52,343 bases of DNA, taken from contig JAJUHO010000001.1 in NCBI GenBank assembly GCA_029267825.1, forward strand, positions 1 to 52,343, written 5' to 3'. Shown piece after piece: positions 46,247-52,343 of the stretch. The DNA is from Oscillospiraceae bacterium (lineage in GTDB: Bacteria > Bacillota > Clostridia > Oscillospirales > Ruminococcaceae). Each line of letters begins with the position of its first letter. Position 1 is the first letter of the stretch. The notes under the pieces were generated by a model that searched no databases, was not told the DNA's origin, and saw only the letters and a list, made by a program, of their open reading frames with translations. A program made the position numbers and the translations under genes.

Positions 46247-46280
46247 AAATTGCCTAAAAGCCATTACTTTTAGGCAATTT
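46247..46280. terminator. Hairpin downstream of sigK (probable terminator)
   Basis: 13-14-bp stem AAATTGCCTAAAAG / CTTTTAGGCAATTT with loop CCATTA. The T-run is stronger on the + side than on the sigK (minus) side. Confidence 0.55.
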
Positions 46281-46349
46281 TTAAACAAAGCATATTGTTA
46301 TCCACGTTTTATTATATTTAAATTTTGGCATATGTCAACAAAAATAAAC

Positions 46350-47063
46350 CTATTTTTGAGGTTTACAAAAAAGCGGAGTTTTTTCATACTTCTTTTTAAG
46401 CGTCATAAGCGCTTTTTTCTCTATCCTCGAAACATATGAGCGCGATATGTTAAGCTTTTTTGCCACTTCACGCTGAGTCATAGGCCGATGCCCAAAAAGT
46501 CCGTATCTATATGATATTATTGCAAGTTCACGCTCATCAAGGCATTCATTTATAAAATTATAAAGCTGCTGTGACTTTATAATCAAATCAATTTCATCAA
46601 TCATGCTGCTTGTATCCGCAACTATGTCCATAAGAGTAAGTTGGTTGCCGTCCTTATCGGTTTCAACAGGGTCTTCCATATAAAAATTCCCCGCATCCTT
46701 TTTGGTTTTTCTAAAATTCATTAAAATTTCGTTTTCTATGCACTTTGACGCATATGTGGCAAATCTTATATTTTTTGAATAGTTGAATGTAGACACAGCC
46801 TTTATAAGACCTATTGTACCTATTGAAATCAAATCATCCTGATCCTTTGCATTTGAATAATACTTTTTTATTATGTGTGCGACAAGTCTTAAATTATGCT
46901 CTATAAGTTTATTTCTTGCCTCAACGCTGCCATTTGCCATTTCAACAAAGCATTTTTCCTCTTCCTTTGCACTCAACGGCTTAGGAAAAACTCCGTTCCC
47001 CTCTATATGCAGCGCAAAATAAAGCAAATTGCTTAAAGCCATATTTATAAGTTCAGAAAACAT
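46350..47063 (-). CDS. sigK: Sporulation sigma factor SigK (pro-sigma-K), uninterrupted
   Basis: 237 aa. FPKPLSAKEEEKCFVEMANGSVEARNKLIEHNLRLVAHIIKKY and ISRSYVSRIEKKALMTLKK track B. subtilis SigK (FPQPLSSSEEKKYLELMAKGD..ARNMLIEHNLRLVAHIVKKF; ISRSYVSRIEKRALMKM) better than SigE. An N-terminal hydrophobic pro-segment of about 20 aa is present. Confidence 0.85.
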   Translation of the reverse strand: MFSELINMALSNLLYFALHIEGNGVFPKPLSAKEEEKCFVEMANGSVEARNKLIEHNLRLVAHIIKKYYSNAKDQDDLISIGTIGLIKAVSTFNYSKNIRFATYASKCIENEILMNFRKTKKDAGNFYMEDPVETDKDGNQLTLMDIVADTSSMIDEIDLIIKSQQLYNFINECLDERELAIISYRYGLFGHRPMTQREVAKKLNISRSYVSRIEKKALMTLKKKYEKTPLFCKPQK

Positions 47064-47149
47064 AAAAATCCGCCGCCTTTCAGTCTATATATATGATAAA
47101 AAGACTTTGGAAAACACTTTACAAGCTTGTAAAAAAGTAGTGCAAATTA

Positions 47150-47177
47150 TTGACAATTTTAGTATTTATAGTATAAT
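47150..47177 (+). promoter_or_regulatory. Near-consensus sigma-A promoter of the 680-aa envelope protein gene
   Basis: TTGACA (47150-47155), a 16-nt spacer, then TATAAT (47172-47177). It lies 33 nt upstream of the GTG start. Confidence 0.6.
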
Positions 47178-47209
47178 ATTTTACAGTAACCGACACGGGG
47201 TGCGTTGTT

Positions 47210-49252
47210 GTGAAATATTTTAAAAATACGGCAAAAATACTTTTTATAGGGCTTGCCTGTTTGTTTCTTTTTTTACCAAGCAAATTGAATATTTGGGCTA
47301 TCGGTGAGGAAATGCCTATAACTTGCTTTGAAACGCTTCCCGACATAAATATAAAAATCAACGCAATGGATGGTTTTTCAAGCATTTCCGAAGCCTGTAA
47401 AAGCTTATGCAAAAAATATCCTTGCATTAAGGTAAATGGAACGGAAGATACGGTAACTGTAATTGAATGGCTTCTTGAAGACGAGAGTTTAATTTCAAAA
47501 TACGAAAATAAAATTGCAGGAGAATATTCTTTCATTGCAACTATACGCTCAGAAAAATACAACGTTTACAGCATCTCTGTCCCTCCAACAATAAAAATAA
47601 TTTTATCGGATGAAGAAAAAATTTCTGATTTTGAACTTGAAAAATTATCGGACATAAGCATATCTATTGCAAAAATAAAAGGTTTTGAAACAAAAGAAGA
47701 AGCGGAAAAATCAATCCTCGAAAAATATAGTAAGATTAAAATAAAAGGTACCGATGATTTTTTAGAAATTTCAGGCTGGCAATTATCCGGAGATGAATAC
47801 TCTACATTAAAACCAGGAAATTATGAATTTTCAGCAATTTTTTCGCAATCATTAAAATATGATGTTTCAAATTGCCTGCTTAAAGTCAGACTGATAATAT
47901 TTAATGAAAAAAAGAAAATAACAAATTTCTCAGAATTTAAAAAAATAACATTTGATGAAATTTCTCCCGCGGGATGGGAAAGCAAGACCGATGCCGAAAA
48001 AACACTTCTTTCGTTTTACAAAAGCATAAGCGTAAATTGGGGCGAAGGAACAGTTCCTATAATCGCATGGAATTTAAGCGGCGGGAATTATGATTCTTCT
48101 CGCAACGGCTCATATTTTTTTGTGCCGGTGCTTGGAAATTCGAATGATTACGACACACAAAATCTTGATATTTCCCCACCGGCTATCGAAATAGTTTTTA
48201 ATATCCCATACGGATATGCAAGCATACATTTATATGATTATGACGGCAATGACATGGCAAATACTGCAATTAAACTTGAAAATTCAAATTATTCACTTTA
48301 CGCAGAAAGCGATGACAACGGCAATAAAATATTTTATGCTCCCGCTGGCGAATATGAAATTTCAGTTTACTACAACGGAGAAAAAATAACAAAAAGCATT
48401 TTTATTTCAAAAGAAAAAACTACATATTTAAAGATAAAGTTGGGAACAGACAGCAAGGGAAAAACATCAACCACAAAAGCAAAATCAGAAACAACAAGCG
48501 CAAAAACAACAACGCAAACCTCTTTTGCAGAAAGCAGTGAAAGTTTATGGCAAAATGACGGCGGCATATCCTGTGAAACACATACCTCAAATGGATTTAA
48601 TATTAAAGTGGAAACAAATGCCGCTTATCTTTCAGGCTTTTCAAAAAATATTGCAGAAGACGAATTTAAGGATATTTTAAAGACCGTATCAAGCATAAAT
48701 TTCAGCAAAACCTCTAAAAAAGCCAAAAGTGCCGCCGAGAAAGTTTTTTCCGGACTTGAAGCAAATATCCTCCCCATAAATTTTTCAGCGCACAAAGATT
48801 TTGCTTTCCCGGTTAAAATTTCAGTTTTCCTTGGAAACGGGATTTATCCCAAAGGAGAATATTTTCTTTATTATTACAATACTCAAACAAACGAATTTGA
48901 GGACAACGGTACGGCATATTTTGATGAAAACGGATTCCTTTGCTTTGAAATTTCCCATTGCTCGGATTATTTTGTTTCCGACAAGGAAATACCCTCAGGT
49001 GCGGCAAGCTCTATTGTTTTAAGCGAAAGCAATGCACAAAACAAAGCAGTTTCATTTTTAAACATTGAAGAAAGTCAAAATTCAGCCAAAAACAAGGTCC
49101 CGCAAAGCAAAATTGAAGTTTCTTCAGCAAACATTCCTGTAAAAATAATCTTTCAAGAAAAAAGCAGTGAAAATCAAAGCTATCTCTTGCTTTTAATAAA
49201 CATCGCTTTTATTTTATTTGCAGTATTATATTTAAAAAGAAGTCCAAAATAA
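47210..49252 (+). CDS. Secreted, C-terminally membrane-anchored repeat protein, unknown function
   Basis: 680 aa with a GTG start. Signal peptide ILFIGLACLFLFLPSKLNIWA. Three divergent repeats of about 95 aa. A CarboxypepD_reg-like beta-sandwich (IHLYDYDGNDMANTAIKL...GEYEISVYYNGEK). A Thr/Ser/Lys-rich linker. A further domain of about 150 aa. C-terminal TM plus basic tail (YLLLLINIAFILFAVLYLKRSPK). There is no LPXTG. Confidence 0.6.
   Translation: MKYFKNTAKILFIGLACLFLFLPSKLNIWAIGEEMPITCFETLPDINIKINAMDGFSSISEACKSLCKKYPCIKVNGTEDTVTVIEWLLEDESLISKYENKIAGEYSFIATIRSEKYNVYSISVPPTIKIILSDEEKISDFELEKLSDISISIAKIKGFETKEEAEKSILEKYSKIKIKGTDDFLEISGWQLSGDEYSTLKPGNYEFSAIFSQSLKYDVSNCLLKVRLIIFNEKKKITNFSEFKKITFDEISPAGWESKTDAEKTLLSFYKSISVNWGEGTVPIIAWNLSGGNYDSSRNGSYFFVPVLGNSNDYDTQNLDISPPAIEIVFNIPYGYASIHLYDYDGNDMANTAIKLENSNYSLYAESDDNGNKIFYAPAGEYEISVYYNGEKITKSIFISKEKTTYLKIKLGTDSKGKTSTTKAKSETTSAKTTTQTSFAESSESLWQNDGGISCETHTSNGFNIKVETNAAYLSGFSKNIAEDEFKDILKTVSSINFSKTSKKAKSAAEKVFSGLEANILPINFSAHKDFAFPVKISVFLGNGIYPKGEYFLYYYNTQTNEFEDNGTAYFDENGFLCFEISHCSDYFVSDKEIPSGAASSIVLSESNAQNKAVSFLNIEESQNSAKNKVPQSKIEVSSANIPVKIIFQEKSSENQSYLLLLINIAFILFAVLYLKRSPK
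47318..48202 (+). repeat. Three tandem, diverged ~95-aa coding repeats inside the 680-aa protein
   Basis: The units span aa 37-131, 137-231 and 236-331. They share the pattern I-x-x-F...GF/W-x-[ST]-x-x-[ED]A-E/C-K-[ST]-[IL]-L...Y-x-x-I-x-[VI]...V-x-I-x-[EA]-W-x-L-x-x-x-x-Y...G-x-Y-x-F...P-x-I-x-I. Similarity is at the protein level only; the DNA copies are not identical. Confidence 0.6.
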
Positions 49253-49320
49253 ATTTAGATTTACATAAAGTTTACAAAATATTTAAAATGTTTAATATCT
49301 TTATTTTTATTAAAAAAATA

Positions 49321-49349
49321 TTGATTTTTCTGTGTATTTATTGTATAAT
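49321..49349 (+). promoter_or_regulatory. Sigma-A-type promoter of the HD-GYP gene
   Basis: TTGATT (49321-49326), a 17-nt spacer, then TATAAT (49344-49349). Confidence 0.55.
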
Positions 49350-49416
49350 CATATTTAATAAAAAACAAAATTATATACCGAATTTACAACTCAAATGAAG
49401 ACAAGAGGTTAATTTT

Positions 49417-50547
49417 ATGATATTTGTTCCTGTTGATTTTCTTGAAGAAGGAATGATTTTAGCACAGGACATTAATTTTGATATAGGCGGAATGTCGCTC
49501 TTAACAAAAGGTCAAGTTCTAAAACAAAATTACATAGATAAACTTCAAACAATGAATATAACCGGTGTTTATGTTGAAAGCAAGATTGCGGCCGACATAG
49601 AAATTAATCAGGTTTTAAGCGAAAAAATTAAAAAAGATATCTTGATTTCGGTCAAAAATATTTTCAGCGAATTTTCACGTACAAACAAGCTTACTGTCGG
49701 AGCTGTCGGGCTTATTAAAAATGTTTCTGAAAAGCTTGTTTTTGATATGCTTTCAAGGGAAAAAATTTTAATAAATTTAATTGAACTAAAAGGACATGAC
49801 GACTATACTTACCAACATTCATTATCGGTTGCCGTTCTTTCTGTTGCAATAGGAATAAAACTTGGCTTTAATGAAGAAAATCTCAATAACCTTGCGCTCA
49901 GCGGGCTTTTGCACGATATAGGAAAAGTGTCAATTCCAAAAGAAATATTAAACAAGCCTTCACGACTTACAACAGAAGAATTTGAAATTGTTAAAAAACA
50001 TCCCGAAGACGGATTTTTAAAATTAAAAAACAGCAACATGTGCTCGATAGTGACTTTAATGGGAATTGAAAGCCACCACGAAAAAATTAACGGAAAAGGG
50101 TATCCTAAAAAACTTAAAGGTGAACAAATACCTCTTTTTGGCAGGATTCTTGCTGTCGCAGATGTATATGATGCTCTTACCTCAGACAGGCCATACCGAA
50201 AAGGAAGTTTTCCCAGTGAGGTTATTGAATATATGATGGGAAATACGGACATTCATTTTGACCAAGAAGTTTTAACCGCCTTCTTGAAATCGGTTGCCGC
50301 ATATCCGGCAGGAATGCTTGTAAGTTTAAGCGACGGACGGGTTGCTCTTGTTATAAAAAACAACGAAGAAAATACCATGCGGCCGGTTGTAAGGGTATTT
50401 AACGAAGATGGTTCGCAATATTCGGATATAGATTTATTCCATGACAAGAGGTACCATAATTTAACCATAACCGGAATGGGGTATGGCAAAGAAATCACAA
50501 GTTCTACTATGATGAACAATGTATGCGAAATAAATGATTTTACATAA
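49417..50547 (+). CDS. HD-GYP domain protein (probable c-di-GMP phosphodiesterase)
   Basis: 376 aa. Motifs: YQHSLSVAVLS, LLHDIGK, ESHHEKINGKGYPKKLKGEQIPLFGRILAVADVYDALTSDRPYRK (HD...HHE...GYP). Confidence 0.9.
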   Translation: MIFVPVDFLEEGMILAQDINFDIGGMSLLTKGQVLKQNYIDKLQTMNITGVYVESKIAADIEINQVLSEKIKKDILISVKNIFSEFSRTNKLTVGAVGLIKNVSEKLVFDMLSREKILINLIELKGHDDYTYQHSLSVAVLSVAIGIKLGFNEENLNNLALSGLLHDIGKVSIPKEILNKPSRLTTEEFEIVKKHPEDGFLKLKNSNMCSIVTLMGIESHHEKINGKGYPKKLKGEQIPLFGRILAVADVYDALTSDRPYRKGSFPSEVIEYMMGNTDIHFDQEVLTAFLKSVAAYPAGMLVSLSDGRVALVIKNNEENTMRPVVRVFNEDGSQYSDIDLFHDKRYHNLTITGMGYGKEITSSTMMNNVCEINDFT

Positions 50548-50577
50548 GCGGGCATTTGGACTGTCCGCATTTTTTTA
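50548..50577 (+). terminator. Intrinsic terminator after the HD-GYP gene
   Basis: Stem GCGGGCA / TGTCCGC with one G-U pair, loop TTTGGAC, followed by ATTTTTTT. Confidence 0.7.
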
Positions 50578-50638
50578 TAATAATTGTCTTGTTTTTTTAT
50601 GTATAAAATATTATAATAAGTTAAAATAACTGAATTTT

Positions 50639-51463
50639 ATGGGGGCGACAAAATTGAAAAAATTAACTGCAATGATTTTTATTTCTATCTTAATTTTTCT
50701 TACTTCATGTTCAGGAAACAATACGGAAAATTCCGAAGAAAAATCCGTGCAGGATGCAAAAAAATTTATTGAGGAGATGTACCGTGACCTTGATTTAGGA
50801 GAAATAAGATTCGGAGATATCTATAGAGATTATTTTGCAGATGAATCAAAGCAGATAATAACCGAAAAAGATTACATAAGCGAAAAAAATCCGGAATTTA
50901 AAGAAATAATGGACAAGAAAAAATCAGTTTCTTCAATTGAAACAAATGTTGAGAAAGAATATGACAACGGAATTTCCAAGCTTTCAACCAAGCTTATTTA
51001 TTCCGTGGATGGGAAACAAACCGAAAAAAATTGCGTTGACTATGTTATGATTCAAAACGGGAAATGCAAATATTTGTATAACGGCCTTCTTTCAAGAAAA
51101 GTTTACAATATGACAGAAGAAAACGAAAGCAACAAGGTTCATGCTCAAAATGCAGTTGTTTATAAAGGCGTTGATGGAATAACCGTTGAAATGAATTTCC
51201 AAAACGACACTCTCAGCATCTTCTCTTTTGGTTATGAAAAAGGCGCGGTATTTTCAATAAAAACTTCTGAAGGCGAATTTTCAAATGTCCTTGATTCTCC
51301 TAAAAGGCTTGAATCAGACGGCTCATTAAAAATTTCATCCAAATTTGACGGCGTTTTTGGAAATCCGCTTAGAATTGAAATTAAAAACATTTATACTCTT
51401 GATGTAAAAGAACAGCCTATTGAGTCAGGCGAAGGCTTTAATTATGCGGTTTTACTTCAATAA
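50639..51463 (+). CDS. Lipoprotein of unknown function
   Basis: The lipobox LTS-C is followed by SGNNTE. An alternative TTG start at 50654, 8 nt after GGGGG, gives a canonical signal [20 protein letters not shown] recognise no domain. Confidence 0.6.
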   Translation: MGATKLKKLTAMIFISILIFLTSCSGNNTENSEEKSVQDAKKFIEEMYRDLDLGEIRFGDIYRDYFADESKQIITEKDYISEKNPEFKEIMDKKKSVSSIETNVEKEYDNGISKLSTKLIYSVDGKQTEKNCVDYVMIQNGKCKYLYNGLLSRKVYNMTEENESNKVHAQNAVVYKGVDGITVEMNFQNDTLSIFSFGYEKGAVFSIKTSEGEFSNVLDSPKRLESDGSLKISSKFDGVFGNPLRIEIKNIYTLDVKEQPIESGEGFNYAVLLQ

Positions 51464-51474
51464 CAGGTGGTATT

Positions 51475-52140
51475 ATGGTTAATTTTGGAAATGAATGGGA
51501 CGATTTGCTTAAAGATGAATTTTCAAAGCCTTATTATTTGGAACTTCGTGAGTTTTTAAAAAAAGAATATGCTACAAAAACAATTTATCCAAACATGAAC
51601 GATATTTTTAACTCGCTTAAATATACATCATACAGCGATGTAAAGGCGGTTATACTTGGACAGGACCCTTACCACGGCCCGGGGCAAGCACATGGCCTTT
51701 GTTTTTCGGTAAAGAAAGGTGTTGCCCCTCCCCCATCACTTGTAAATATTTTTAAGGAACTTAGTTCGGATTTAAACATACCTATCCCGCAAAGCGGTGA
51801 GCTTACAAAATGGGCAAATGAAGGGGTTCTGCTTATGAACGCTGTTTTGACCGTACGCGAAGGAGAACCTAACAGTCACAAAGGCAAGGGCTGGGAAATA
51901 TTCACTGACAATGTCATAAGTTTGCTTAATCAAAGAGAAAAGCCTTTGGTGTTTATATTGTGGGGAGCAAATGCGCGTTCAAAAACAAAGCTTATAACAA
52001 ATCCCGCACATAAGATACTTGAAAGCGCGCATCCAAGCCCGCTTTCAGCATACAACGGCTTTTTTGGATGCAGGCATTTTTCAAAAACAAATGAATTCTT
52101 ATTAGAGCACGGAATCGACCAAATAGATTGGCGGCTTTAA
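51475..52140 (+). CDS. ung: Uracil-DNA glycosylase (family 1)
   Basis: 221 aa. Motifs: [17 protein letters not shown] (water-activating loop), [18 protein letters not shown] (Leu-intercalation loop). Confidence 0.95.
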   Translation: MVNFGNEWDDLLKDEFSKPYYLELREFLKKEYATKTIYPNMNDIFNSLKYTSYSDVKAVILGQDPYHGPGQAHGLCFSVKKGVAPPPSLVNIFKELSSDLNIPIPQSGELTKWANEGVLLMNAVLTVREGEPNSHKGKGWEIFTDNVISLLNQREKPLVFILWGANARSKTKLITNPAHKILESAHPSPLSAYNGFFGCRHFSKTNEFLLEHGIDQIDWRL

Positions 52141-52174
52141 AAATTCAAAATTTAAAATAATATCAATAAAATTG

Positions 52175-52207
52175 GGCCATTGGCAAAAAAATCAAAAGCC
52201 AATGGTC
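52175..52207 (+). terminator. Probable terminator after ung
   Basis: 10-bp stem GGCCATTGGC / GCCAATGGTC with one G-U pair, a 13-nt A-rich loop, and a T/A-rich tail. Confidence 0.5.
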
Positions 52208-52280
52208 ATTAAATTTTAATTACGTAAATTTTATGTACAAAATAACATACAATTTTAATATAATTTCGTAAAGTTGGTAC

Positions 52281-52309
52281 TTGCACAAATCGATAATATT
52301 TTGTATAAT
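52281..52309 (+). promoter_or_regulatory. Sigma-A-type promoter pointing out of the window
   Basis: TTGCAC (52281-52286), a 17-nt spacer, then TATAAT (52304-52309). The gene it would serve lies beyond the window. Confidence 0.4.
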
Positions 52310-52343
52310 ATTTTATTATTAACTAATTGGGTAAAATTTTAAG

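Noticed and set aside
46350-47063. Checked sigK for interruption by a skin-like prophage or recombinase.
   Set aside because: The ORF is continuous across all sigma regions, and no recombinase or phage gene lies nearby.
47086-47095. CATATATATA on the minus strand upstream of sigK, considered as a sigma-E/sigma-K -10 box.
   Set aside because: It does not align exactly with CATA-N3-TA or CATACA-T, and I found no -35. I mention it only as a lead in a finding.
49160-49252. Possible sortase sorting signal at the C-terminus of the 680-aa protein.
   Set aside because: The hydrophobic segment and basic tail are present, but no LPXTG, NPQTN or a similar motif precedes them. I therefore treat it as a plain TM anchor.
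1-52343. Window-wide look for CRISPR-like spaced repeats, tRNA/rRNA, IS elements, integrases, restriction-modification or other defence genes, and toxin-antitoxin pairs.
   Set aside because: I found none by eye. Every ORF above about 100 aa not explained as a shadow ORF is assigned above, and every intergenic region above about 140 bp is accounted for by promoters, a riboswitch, leaders or terminators. A computational repeat and Rfam scan would still be worthwhile.

Overview
This is an AT-rich chromosomal segment from an endospore-forming Firmicute, probably Clostridia-like. It carries about 50 tightly packed CDS, and nearly all can be assigned to housekeeping, sporulation or carbohydrate-utilisation families. 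In order, the window contains: a partial AraC regulator divergent from a GH3 glycosidase; a self-contained pair of DUF155/RMD1 paralogs; a HAD / XRE-cupin / acyl-CoA synthetase operon; queA-tgt-mntP; a lysine riboswitch driving asd-dapA-dapB; mscS; a stand-alone gamma+beta membrane module of a Na+-translocating decarboxylase; mreB; comFC; recD2; two small unknown genes; pnp-rpsO; a YesL/DUF624 protein and a SpoIIM-like protein; a GH29 fucosidase / SGNH esterase / GH115 cluster; phzF; the complete spoIIIAA-AH operon; bioY plus a DUF1284 protein behind a BirA-type operator; a seven-gene murD / M42 / M42 / GNAT / ynbB-like / xth / nth array; an uninterrupted sigK; a 680-aa repeat-containing envelope protein; an HD-GYP protein; a lipoprotein; and ung. 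By eye I found no rRNA or tRNA, no CRISPR array, no transposase, integrase or prophage genes, and no recognisable defence cassette. The window therefore reads as mostly core genome. The items most worth a second look are: (1) the palindromic operator that places a Cys-rich DUF1284 protein in a predicted biotin regulon with bioY; (2) the autonomous tandem DUF155 pair; (3) the 680-aa repeat protein transcribed divergently from sigK; (4) the orphan decarboxylase membrane module; (5) the unknown genes between pnp and recD2. None of these can be shown to be a new system from sequence alone. All family calls rest on motif recognition by eye and need HMM or BLAST confirmation.
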